Assembly: GCF_035594765.1 (NCBI RefSeq)
Contig: NC_085842.1
Location: forward strand, 130,957,036 to 131,021,035
Direction: 5' to 3'
DNA length: 64,000 nt
Source of the DNA: Anolis carolinensis
Lineage: Eukaryota
The position numbers and the translations under genes were made by a program. Shown in pieces: positions 1-25,200 of the stretch (positions are counted from its first letter, which is position 1; each line of letters begins with the position of its first letter). The notes beneath the pieces are model-generated. The model saw only the letters and a program-made list of their open reading frames with translations, ran no database searches and was not told the origin of the DNA.

Positions 1-365
1 TGTGAATGTTGTAATTAATCACCTTGATTAGTGTTAAATGGCCTTCCAAGCTTCATATCCTGGCCTGGGGGAATCCTTTGTTCAGAGTCATTAGCTGCCC
101 CTGATTGATTCATGTCTGGAATTCTTCTGTTTTCAGAGTGTTGCTCCTTATTTACTGTTCTGATTTTGGAGGTTTTTTTAATACTGGTAGCCAGATTTTG
201 TTCATTTTCATGATTTCCTCCTTTCTGTTGAAATTATCCACATGCTCATGGATTTCAGTGGCTTCTCTGTGTAGTCTGACATGATAGTTGTTGGAGTGGT
301 CAAGCATTTCTGTGTTCTCAAATAATATACTGTGTCCAGGTTGGTTCATCAAGTTCTCTGCTAGG
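1..365 (-). mobile_element. Penelope-like retroelement 3' remnant
   Basis: Encodes MNQPGHSILFENTEMLDHSNNYHVRLHREATEIH..NFNRKEE..KIWLPVL, the C-terminal part of a GIY-YIG endonuclease. Same family as 11945-12497. Confidence 0.75.
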
Positions 366-456
366 GCTGAAATTTACTAGTTAGACTACTAGGTCACAAT
401 TAAAGTTCAGACTTGGACATAATCAAGAAGTACACATGCAGAGACCCAACCTTTAG

Positions 457-8140
<7,684 letters not shown>

Positions 8141-8960
8141 GGGCACCTGAGTTCAGCACATTGTGGTTGCCTCTCTTCTTGGCACACAAGAAAAGAGCGT
8201 TCGCTGGGCGGTCCTGCAGAGGGAGTGGGGCAGGGCCCTTCATCATGTACGAAGTCAGTGTTTTTTTAAATGTCTCTTTGATTTAACGTCTGTGTCGATG
8301 TAAAAAGAGCCGCATGGGAGAAAGGAGGAGCAGGGTGCCATCCCACCCTCCAGGGCAGAGCAATGTCTGTGTGTGAGGGGTGGGTGGGTAGGTGTAGGGA
8401 GAATGCTCCCTGACTCTGTGCTGGGGAAGGAGTGCATGACCAGCCCTTTCTTAACTTCCATTGGTGCTAGACCTTTGTGGTGGAAGCAAAGTATGAAATC
8501 ACAGTCGGGGCACAAGACAAATGGGACACAGGCTGAAGAACAAGCCATGGGTACTTTATTGTGCAAGATGCTAGCTTATGCTCGAGAATTGGTTCAAAGC
8601 AGCTTCTGTGCCATCCAAAGCTGCCTTTGCTTTTCAGGGCACCACCTGCTCCACGTGTTGCTTCTGAGCTGGTTTTATTTGAACATCAGCTCTCCCCCAA
8701 GCAGGGAAAGAGCAGGGAGGTCTCTTTACTATGTCCAGCCTGGCACAACAAAACTGCCTGGAAGGGCTTTTCTGTAAGATGTTTGAAAAGAAAAACTGGG
8801 GAAGGCCCAGGTAGAAAGCTGAGGGCCAGCCCCTTCCTTTTGTCAGGTGCGATGGACTGGGGGATGGAGCATGGAGAGCTTTGCAGGGGTCGGGATGGAG
8901 ATGGGTCGGATTTTTAAATCATTGTGTAGCGTGATGAGCCGAACACCTCTTATTTTATAC

Positions 8961-8966
8961 AATAAA
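8961..8966 (+). terminator. RAC3 polyadenylation signal (AATAAA)
   Basis: AATAAA about 820 nt after the RAC3 stop, followed by GT-rich sequence (gtgtgatttggtt). Confidence 0.65.
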
Positions 8967-9027
8967 CATTTCTCCATAAGTAAGGCAGTGTGATTTGGTT
9001 ACAATTGGCAGCAGAAGGCAGGCATGC

Positions 9028-9033
9028 TTTATT
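9028..9033 (-). terminator. DCXR polyadenylation signal (AATAAA on minus strand)
   Basis: tttatt on the plus strand, about 155 nt downstream of the DCXR stop. Confidence 0.6.
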
Positions 9034-9186
9034 GTCTTTACTCTCTTTACATGGATACAAGGACTGGAGCCTTCCAACTGGATCTCTTTCTAGAAAGCAG
9101 TATTTCTACTATTTTCAGGATGAGCAGACATGATGAATCACACGGAGGGGAATGGCCTTCCAAAGGAGTGATGCCAATACCGTATT

Positions 9187-15044
<5,858 letters not shown>

Positions 15045-15169
15045 CTCCTCCCGCGGTGGAGTCCCGAGTCCAAAGAGCGAGAGAGACAGAGAGGCCCCTC
15101 CTCCGTGGCTGCCCCGCCCCTCTTCCTGCCTGCCTGCCTGCCTTAAAATGGTGGCGCTCCAGCAAAGAG

Positions 15170-15495
15170 TCCTGCCAACCTAGCAGTTCGAAAACATGCC
15201 AATGTGAGTAGATCAATGGCAGAAGAGCAGAAAAGGTAGAAAGAAAAGTTCAAGACTGAAGACTTCAAGTGTCTGAGGCCCCTTCCACACTGCTGAATAA
15301 AATCCCACATTATCTGCTTTGAACTTTGAACTTCCCGCTCCGGCGGGAAGGTAACGGCGCTCCATGCAGTCATGCCGGCCACATGACCTTGGAGGTGTCT
15401 ACGGACAACGCCGGCTCTTCGGCTTAGAAATGAGCACCAACCCCCAGAGTCAGACATGACTGGACTTAACGTCGGGGGGAAAACCTTTACCCTAC
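15170..15495 (+). mobile_element. 5'-truncated Sauria SINE interrupted by a 113-bp insertion
   Basis: Matches the 3' half of the SINE at 39234-39563, including the aaacctttacc tail. Interrupted at 15213-15332. Confidence 0.75.
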
Positions 15496-16478
15496 CAGCA
15501 AAGAGAGGGGAAGGGGAGGCTTCCTGTCCCTGCAGGCCTTTCCCTTCCCCTGCGAGTAGGCACCTTGGACAGCTATCAGTAGTTCTGGTAGTTCATGGGG
15601 CAGCTTGGGCCTTCCCTGCAGGTGTTTTGGACTTTAACTCCGCCATTCCTAACAGCCTCAGGCCCTTTCCTTTCCCCCCTCAGCCGCTTAAGCTGTAGCC
15701 AAGGTTAAAAAAAGGTTTATTCATTAATTTTAACTGGTTAACCAAATCCCCATGATAAGTCAACCAGAAGCAAAAATTAAACAAGTCCCTCCACAACTTC
15801 AGGCACTATCTCAAGCAAATTTTGATAATTTATTCACACTGTCATTAATTGACGCAATGGTCCCAAGAGCTAAAATATGGTCCGTGCCTCACCGTGGGGA
15901 CGAGAGCGACTGGTCTCGCTGAAGGGGCAAAGATGCAAAAAGTACTCCTTGAATCCAAAGTCAAAAGAGAGGGCGAGGAAGGACACCACAGAAAGTTGGA
16001 TCTTCAAATATTCCAGTTCAAAGCAGATAATGTGGGATTTTATTCAGCAGTGTGGAAGGGGCCTCAGACACTTGAAGTCTTCAGTCTTGAACTTTTCTTT
16101 CTACCTTTTCTGCTCTTCTGCCATTGAAGTTGCCAAGCTGGCTTCAGCTCCTTCACACATCTGAAAACAAGCCGTTGTGTGCCTGTTAGCCCCATAAGTA
16201 CATTTGAGATATTTGCAGAATAGTGTAAATATGTTCAAATATAAAACAATAAAAAGACAAAACTTTAAAAGCTGGGGAGGAGGGAGTGGCACCTGTACCT
16301 AGCACCTGAAAAATAAAATGCATTGAGCTCTCGTGCCCAAATTATATGAATACAGGTGCTGGGTGAACCAGTATGGGAAGATATCCCATCGTTTATTTTA
16401 TACCCGACCTTTCTCTGTACAGTTAAACAAAATATTCTTACAAAAGTGTAAAAATATTAAATGTTCAGTTAAAAAGTA

Positions 16479-16800
16479 CAGTAGTCTCTCACTTATCCAA
16501 CACTTGCTTATCCAATATTCTGGATTATCCAATGCATTTTTGTAGTCAATGTTTTTAATACATCGTGATATTTTGGTGCTAAATTTGTAAATACAGTAAT
16601 TACTACATACCATTACTGCATATTGAACTACCTTTTCTGTCAAATTTGTTGTATAACATGATGTTTGGTGCTTAATTTGTAAAATCATAACCTAATTTGA
16701 TGCTTAATAGGCTTCTCCTTAATCTCTCCTTATTATCCAACGTATTTGCTTATCCAATGTTCTGCCAGCCCGTTTATGTTGGATAAGTGAGACTCTACTG
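16479..16800. mobile_element. Tc1/mariner MITE, copy 2
   Basis: Same TIR family, TA TSD. Confidence 0.85.
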
Positions 16801-17046
16801 TACATAGGAAGCATAATCAGAGACAGTCATGTTGGCCATACCGCAAAATAAAACCAAATACACAAAAGAGCAATACCTTTATCAGACAACCAAGATGCAC
16901 AAAATACTTCATGGAAGCCTTTGAAGCTGCACTAGTCTCTTCATCAGGCAAGCAATGTTTTAAAAAACCACGACAAAAAAGTGATGTTATTGGGAGTCAC
17001 AGGTTTACACCTGATACAAAATTTAAAAAGCGTTGTCATCTCCCTC

Positions 17047-17329
17047 TCTGGGGGTTGGTGCTCATCTCCATTTCTAAGCCGAAGAGCCGGCGTTGTCCGT
17101 AGACACCTCCAAGGTCATGTGGCTGGCATGACTGCATGGAGCACCATTACCTTCCCGCCAGAGTGGTACCTATTGATCTACTCACATTTGCATGTTTTCG
17201 AACTGCTAGGCTGGCAGGAGCTGGGGCTAACAGCGGGTGCTCAAGCCGCTCCCAGGATTTGAAGCTGGGACCTTTCGATCTGCAAATTCAGCAGCTCAGC
17301 GCTTTAACGCACTTCGCCACCGGGGCTCC
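17047..17329 (-). mobile_element. Sauria SINE
   Basis: Reverse complement of the SINE at 39234; tRNA-like head ggagccccggtggcgaagtg with a B-box-like motif. Confidence 0.8.
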
Positions 17330-17960
17330 TTAGGAGAACACAATACAAATAATTTTAAATAAGTACAATATATTTATTTTTGACATACTGGTGGCTTGTG
17401 GTCCAACAAAACCTCCCATCGTGTTTGTATTTTTGAACTAACCATCTGTTAACCTTGCAGCCTCTTGTGAACAACGGTAGGCCCAGCAAGAGTTCAGTTC
17501 CAGGACATATGTATATGAGGAAAAAAACCTTAAATCATCAGGCCCCATATTATTAAATAGCAGCAACATTAATGTGCACAATTCAAAGTGTCCATGTCCA
17601 TGTTGCTTTCATTTAATAATAATACGCATGGTGATCTATGGTTGCTGGATATCATAGATGTGGATCCCGAATCTTTGTAGGGTTCATTGTAATTGTAAGC
17701 AACCTGCCTCCTCAGGAAGTGTATTTTCCAGCCACCTCTAAGCATTACATCCTTGTTGGCATACCATTTTTGTTTCATAATATTTACACTGCAGTAGACT
17801 TTTGGTACTTGCGTAAAGTAGTATGCTGCCCTTGATATGGACTTAGGATGAGTGAGGCTTGGTAGTGTTCCAGAACTGTAGTGTTCCTGTGACATCACTT
17901 CTTTCCTGTACCACAACGAGAATCTCCTTCCAGGGCACCATCACCAGCCTCTCCCTGCCC

Positions 17961-18707
17961 ATGTTGAGACGCAAGCAGCTGGTGCAGCAAGCACAGCTAG
18001 CAGAGCAATGTGGCCGATACAAGGACATGGCCGCTGCCATGAGGCAGCTTGTGGCTGAAGGAGGAGAGCCTTTAACCCAGGAAGAGAAGACTCTGCTTTC
18101 CAAGGCCTATACCTTCGTAATCCAGGAGCTTTGCTCTTCTTGGCGACGTCTAAAGAACTCAGTGGAGCAGGGAGTTGGAAAGGAGAAAGAACAAGCTGAA
18201 GCCTACCGTGAAACCATAAAAAGGGAACTGGAAACACAATGCTTGGAGATTCTTGGCCTCCTAGACCATGGGCTCCTAAAGCACTGCCATGAGACAGATA
18301 AGGGAAGCCGGGCCTTTTATCTGAAGATGAAAGGAGACAACTACCGCTACTTGGCAGAAGTGGCCCAGTCTGATACCAAGGACATGCTGGTGAAGTCTGC
18401 AGTGCAAGCCTACGAGGAGGCTCAGGAAATCAGTGAACGGCACCTGGAACCAACTCATCCACTGGCCCTGGCTGTGGCTCTGAATCACTCAGTCCTTCAT
18501 TATGAGGTTCTCAACAATGCTGAGAAAGCAACAAAACTAGCCAAGGCTGCTTTTGATAAGGCCATTGCTGGACTGGAGACCCTCAGCCTTGAGTTCTACA
18601 AGGAATCCACAGTCATCATGCAGCGCCTGAGGGACAACATTGTGCAGTGGACCAGTGACCAACATGAGGAAGTGGAGACCAACAGCAGAGAGGTTGAAGA
18701 TCAGTAG
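17961..18707 (+). CDS. Intronless divergent 14-3-3 family protein (gamma/eta-like), 248 aa; probable retrogene
   Basis: Uninterrupted ORF from ATG 17961 (cctgcccATG) to TAG 18705-18707. 14-3-3 motifs: QLAEQ..RY.DM, SSWR, FYLKMKGD.YRYLAE, PTHP...ALN.SV..YE, YK.ST.IMQ.LRDN...WTSD. The ORF-track start at 17859 is a GTG and is probably not the real start. Confidence 0.9.
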   Translation: MLRRKQLVQQAQLAEQCGRYKDMAAAMRQLVAEGGEPLTQEEKTLLSKAYTFVIQELCSSWRRLKNSVEQGVGKEKEQAEAYRETIKRELETQCLEILGLLDHGLLKHCHETDKGSRAFYLKMKGDNYRYLAEVAQSDTKDMLVKSAVQAYEEAQEISERHLEPTHPLALAVALNHSVLHYEVLNNAEKATKLAKAAFDKAIAGLETLSLEFYKESTVIMQRLRDNIVQWTSDQHEEVETNSREVEDQ

Positions 18708-18863
18708 CGGGGGTGCAGAGACATCCTGAAAGGAGCCATAGGCTCTAACAACAAGTTAGCAGTTACATGGATGTCATTAGCATTTGCTTTACTGCTATCC
18801 TGAGACCAAATCCATTCCTTATCTGACTAATGTGGGCACAGGTAACTCTAACTTCACAGCAGA

Positions 18864-18869
18864 AATAAA
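18864..18869 (+). terminator. Polyadenylation signal of the 14-3-3-like gene
   Basis: AATAAA about 157 nt after the stop, followed by T/GT-rich sequence. Confidence 0.6.
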
Positions 18870-20737
18870 AGCCCATTGCTGAACTATTTTCATTCTGTTG
18901 CTGTAAACATTGCAATCTTACAGGCTGTCATGCAGTGCTAGAGACAATGAGAAAGGCATATGTCAGATAAAAGTTAGGGAATAGTTAGAACTGGCAGAGG
19001 TCAGATTATGTAGTCACCAGCGTATTTGTGGTATGCATTTTTCACAGTGGAAAGCATTACAAGGGTAAACTACATTCAGACGTAACTTAGGTAGCTGATG
19101 TTGTAGGGTCTGTAAAAAGAAGACCTGCACCAAGTTTTAATGACAATTTGTAAAAGAATTACTGTAATAGATGAATTCTCTTACCACATTGTAAAATGGA
19201 TAAGTCAATGCTCAAGCCATCAACTGTTTCTAAATGTTCATTTCCCCCATTAAATATTAAATAGGTGCAAATCACTGTACAGCAATTCAGTATTTTCAAA
19301 TATAGTCTTACATTTTAGATAGATACATTTCTAATGGAATGTTTTTCATAACTCCCTGTCTTAAACAAGAATGCCTATTTTTCAACAGAGTGTTGAATGA
19401 CATCTTCTAAGTAGGAAAAATAACTAGCATTACATTATTTTATAGAATCAAGAATAGTATGAGTCCTTGATCAGCAACGAACTGTACTTGTAGCTAAATC
19501 TGTGGCTGCAAATATCATTTGGGTTTCATGAAAGCTGATATGAAGGCAAAATTAGAATTGTGCTCTTAATAGTACATAAGAATAAAGTACAGCCCCTATT
19601 AAGGCTGTAAAACTGACAACGCCCTGTTAGTCTGTCATGCCATTACTTAGCACATTTGGTGCCTCAATACTTAGTCCTTTGTTGTCACTAAAGCAGACTG
19701 CATTTTTTCCAACTGGGGAGATCTTTCTGAATCTCAAACCTACTTTTGTCATTAATAGTTATTAGAAACAATCCTGGAGAAACTGGGATCACACTGCTGA
19801 TTCAAAGGCTATGTGTGCATACAGATAAAAGAGAATGTTATGCTTCTACAAATATTTATTTTTGAAAAAGCAATCGTAACATAATTGAGAATGCTCCAGC
19901 ATTCACTTATGGCAGCAGAGGCAGAAACACTCTAAATAACAAACCAATAGTCCAAATCTTTATTTTTCGTCAGTGCTCTGCAATGACAAAAATCTGCAAT
20001 AGTATGTGCCAAGGAACCTGATTTCTGTATTTATAATTACCTACGCAATTGTGCATGAAATTTATTGGCATATTTTGACAAACTTAATTTTTTACTGATA
20101 ATTTGTTTTTTGGTATAAGAAGAGGTGGGAAAGAGCAAGAAGAAACTGGAGGTACATGTAGGGAAAAGGTACATAACTGAATGGGATGGGGTGGTGGCAG
20201 TGGCAAATATTCAAAAGAAGAGACAACTGCATAAGAAAAGCTACTCAACTACTGACAGCAAGACACCCTCTCACTCCTTGAAATAGATACATGCATGTTT
20301 TCCAGCATCTTCTGCTATCAGAGCTCTAAAATGGAAATATTCTGAGATTGAAAAATTGATATAAAACAAGAATAAAAATTAGGCCATGCCAGGGTTGTGT
20401 ACCCCTGCTCTACTGATAATTTTGGAAATTAAAGTATGCAGCAACTACAAGTCTCTTGATATACTGATAGTATATGCAGCTGCTATCATGGGGTGCAAAA
20501 GGAATTGTATCACTTTAAGAACCACAATCATAACTGTTACTTGAGGCTTGCAATATTCCAGCATATCTGGTCATCATGTTCCCAAGTAATGTGCTATGTC
20601 TACAGACCACAAAAATTCCAAACATTTAAGGCAATGCTCTAGTTGTAATTTCTTATTCTTAGTGAAGGGATTGTTGTGATAATTTTTCAGAAAGAAGGCT
20701 AAAAAGCAGAGTACACTTCATCAGTACCAATTATTTA

Positions 20738-21057
20738 CAGTAGAGTCTCACTTATCCAACATAAACGGGCTGGAACGTTGGATAAGCGAATATGTTGGAT
20801 AATAAGGAGGGATTAAGGAAAAGCCTATTATACATCAAATTAGGTTATGATTTTACAAATTAAGCACCAAAACATCATGTTTAACAACAAATTTGACAGA
20901 AAAAGTAGTTCAATTTGCAGTAATGCTATGTAGTAATTACTGTATTTATGAACTTAGCACCAAATTATCACGATGTACTGAAAACATTAACTACAAAAAT
21001 GCGTTGGATAATCCAGAACATTGGATAAGCGAGTGTTGGATAAGTGAGACTCTACTG
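20738..21057. mobile_element. Tc1/mariner MITE, copy 3 (opposite internal orientation)
   Basis: Same TIR family, TA TSD. Confidence 0.85.
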
Positions 21058-22288
21058 TAATATTTTTTGAAAATATTTCCCTAAAGTGGTACAGATTGTG
21101 TGAAACATGTTAACAGTCTGCCAATTTATCAAGTACATGTCATTTCAGACTGTGACACACAGCACTACCTCATCACATTCCCAAATGCAACCCTCTGCTT
21201 TTTTGGTGAAATCTGCTATATTTACAAGGAGGGTTACAACAGTCCTGTGTGATGGCTATTTTTTATTCTGGCTGAAGGTTAGTATGAAATGCTTTCAGCT
21301 TTGAGCCTCAGAAACACGTTTTATAAAGCTGATTCAGTTAGAAGAGGTAAAAGACCCTTAAACATTATCATGTTTGCCTAACCCCTTGGACGCAGAATTC
21401 AATAATATTATTTCTTCATTTATTCCAGCATACTGATTGTGAGATATACCAGGGATGTGAATGTACTGTCATTTCAAGAGACAATATATTCTAGCATATT
21501 GATTATGAGATGCACCATGACATAGATAACAGCTGCAGCATAAAAACTAAGATATATGCAATGGTCCAGCCAACATATACATGGATTTCAGCTATTCTGA
21601 AATAGTGGTCAGGGCATGTAGCGTCCAAGACAAATCCATTTGAGACTTGAAAGTGAAGAGTTTGTGGACATACATCTTTTAGGAAAGGAATAATATTAAA
21701 TTCAGGCATAATCCACTTTTCAAGAGTTATACAAATAAAAGTTCCATCATAACCTAGAGCACAGGTTTAGGGAGTACGTCTTCTGAAGATACTGGTCCAT
21801 CTCATATGCACTAGAAGAGAAACAGTCAATTTCTTTCAATTACAGTCTCATAAAAAACAGATGCTGAAGCAGAATGAATATGCTCCTAACATGATTACTT
21901 TCCGAAACAAGGACTTTTGTCTTCGCATTTGCAGTGTCAAAAGCTTATTTTGTTCCTGGCATACTGAGAGAAAGGAGATTTAGCCCTCCACCATGTTGCT
22001 GCAATGCCAGACTGAAAATTCCTGAGTTTTTACCAATGCTATACATTGCATTAGGTTTCAGCTAATAGAAATGACATCGATAACATTTGAAAAAGGAGTG
22101 AAAGAAGCTTTCTAAATGGGTTATAGTGTGCTTCAAGACTAAAGACTTTGCAAAATACTATTTCCAATAATGGCTGATGTGCCTGCAGACTTGTTTTCAC
22201 TTTAATCCTTGTTATTTTTCTACAAGGACAGCTTTAGCTGCTCATTTGAAGAAAGATCAAAGAGAAGATACATCTGAAACAGCAGATG

Positions 22289-25200
22289 TCACTTCACCAT
22301 TAGAGGAGGGCACCACAGTGTGTCAGGGTGGAGGAGGCAATGGACAGATTTGAATCTGCAAAGAGAAAGAGAAGAAACTGGCACATGATTTAAAACATTT
22401 TGATCTACAGGAATACAAATCCTGTAATGCAGTCATACTTTTGTAGTAAACCAAAGAAGGAAATACTGTTTTCTGCTCTTACGTTTTGATTTCTTGACCT
22501 AAAATCTCAAAGGAAACAAACCCTTCACTTGGAAGACTGATGTACCTACATACCGAGTTGGATCTTGCTGTACGCTGAATACTTCATCCACAGTCACGAC
22601 ATTACGTTTGTTCTCAGGACCACCATAACTCAAAGTAATCTGGAAAAAATATGTACAAACTCCAAAATTATACTTGGGCCTAAATAAGAAGCATAGAAAA
22701 GGAACATGAATAGAGCATGTTCATTAAATTAGCATGTCTCTGTGCTAAGCCAAGTTCCTTTCTCTCCAAAATGTCTGACATCTTCACAATATACTTTAAA
22801 ATTTTTGATCGTAGTTTCATTCTTCCTCACTTAAAAGTATCTCTATTATCTGTTGACTCTTTCACCCAATTTATGTTCTTCATCCACATAATACACTTTC
22901 CAATTCCCACTTTTATAATCCATTCTGATGTCAAGCTGTTTCTCAAGTTTTATTTGATAAATTGTATTCTAGGACTGTTTTATTCCAGAAGAGCAACTGA
23001 GGGGATATCTATGCCTTTTGTTCAAATACTTGTACTGATTTCACTAGTGTTTCTTTCTCTTGGACTCTCCATGATCACGGTGAACCTTCATTAGATGCAT
23101 CTGCATGTTTTTATTATATGCCCTAAACCCTTAGGGATAAATTCAACTAAAAGTCTACTCAAGCAGATCTATTTTCTGGAATGGCAGAAGGAAGAGGCAA
23201 TTCTTTGGCTTAAGTTGGATTTGTCCATTTGTCTATACCTGTTTGAGCACAGTGTCACCATGCAACCGCTGCAGGTTTTCCAGATGAGAGTGGAACAAAG
23301 GGCTGTGCAACAATTTCACTTCCAACAGGCCTTCAATTATATAGCCAATGGTGCAATCATCAGGGAGACGAATCCTTTCAGCGGTGCTAATGAAACTTCC
23401 CAAACTGTTCAAAGACAGGGTCAGAGAATGAAATCATCCTACTTTTTCTTAAGCTTTGGGTTTGGATGGGAAGCAGTTCCCCAAACTGCACTTACCTAGC
23501 CCAGGGACTCATCTTGAGGGCAAGGCCTCTGCTAATGCAGAATCCTGCACCTCCTGTGGCAAACCAGAACTTTGCAGTGGCCTAGCAAGATAAACAGAAA
23601 GTGGTCAGGAAACAAAGCATTCCTGTTCTGATCAGCTGACCATGTCACATTTGATCCCAGTAACAGATTAGAATGCATAGAACTCATATCTAAATGTGTC
23701 TAATTTGTATCATAATCTGATATAAATAGCAATCGATTCATGGTAAGCATTTATGGAGATAGCACAGATAAATACCAGTCTCCACCAAAACCTAGTGATA
23801 TCAGCAAAGAGATAACAAATCAAATTTTATTCTAGTGGGTGAATTTCTTATATGTATTCCCAACTCTTTCTACTGTTGCCATGAACTGAGTTCTGTAACA
23901 CATATAGGTAAGCATGTATAGTTCACAATTGTAATAATATAAAAGCTGCATCATAAAACAGTAAAGTCAGTCAATATAAATTTGTTTCTAGAGCCACTGA
24001 AAAAGCAGGTTAATAATGAACAGTATATATGTAAAGTTATGCAAAAATAGCCTAACCATCTGCAGACCAGTTTGTTTCTTGTTCCACAATGCAAAATGTA
24101 ATTATTTTCACTTGTTTCCAATAAGCTCCTTTCCTACAATATGCAGTTTTTAGTGTTTTGTATCTAAAACAATATCTACCCAAGAAATAACTATCAATTC
24201 TAAGAGTAGTAAATATATAACTATATCAACCTAATTCAGTTAGTAAAATGCACAACACCACACTACAAAAATGCTGGAAGATCTGGCTTGCCCAAGTTGC
24301 AATTGCTTGGCCCATGTGTGGCTGGACATCTTGGCAACAAACAAAGGAAAATAGGAATTTCTGCTGAAAGTAGGTAAGAATAGAGGGACAGTGCAATAAT
24401 CTGAGAAAATAAGAATCCAGTTAGAGAATATGCTTACTGATCCATCATTCCGGACATGGTCTGCTGCTTCAATAGGATGGTCTAGACTTGGTCTCCCTAT
24501 ATACACATCTTGGCTGTGTGAAAAAGCAGATAGCAGATTCAGGAGATTCTTCACATTCACATAATTGTCGTCATCCACATGACAAAACCACCTGCAGGAA
24601 AAGTAGACAAGAGACAAGTATAGAATAGGTTACACAGAATTAAGAGCTAGCTCTTTGTGTTATGTTCTCTTTGGAGGAGATCCTCACCTATTGGAATTAC
24701 AACAGCAAAACAGCAGATCTACTCACTGGGCCAAGAAGCGAAAGATTGAGAAGCTTTTCTCAACTGCCCAGAATTAAGACTGTATCTTACTTTTACTTAC
24801 TATTTTTTCCAGCCCAATGTGATTTTATTTCTTTTATGCTTATGGGAAGCATGCTAACTCACTGAAAGCCAAGAAAGGAGAATTTCAAGGTAAGTAACCA
24901 TGAAAATAGTGACTGCTACTTACTTTCGTCCAGATTCAAGAAATTTATCATATTCTACTGACATCTTGCAACACAGAGCTTGCCGGGTATGAACAGCTGA
25001 ACAGTTGGTATTGATGACACGGTCCCCTGTAAAATAAAGATGACAATTGGAGAATCAATATGATTTGTAAGAAAAAAAGGTGAAGTGAGGCTGAAATATG
25101 AGGAAGAGGTAGAGCATATTCATAAGTCAAATACATATAGCACAGCAGGATCCACCCATGCATCAATGGAGCCAAGTTATAAGTAACATGAAATGGAAAC

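Noticed and set aside
17859-17960. 34-aa N-terminal extension of the 14-3-3 ORF in the ORF track
   Set aside because: It starts at GTG and has no 14-3-3 similarity. ATG 17961 aligns with the family start.
16479-21057. Composite transposon (MITE copies 2 and 3) carrying the 14-3-3 gene
   Set aside because: Each MITE has its own complete TIR pair and TA TSD, the family is locally abundant, and the MITEs look much younger than the gene.
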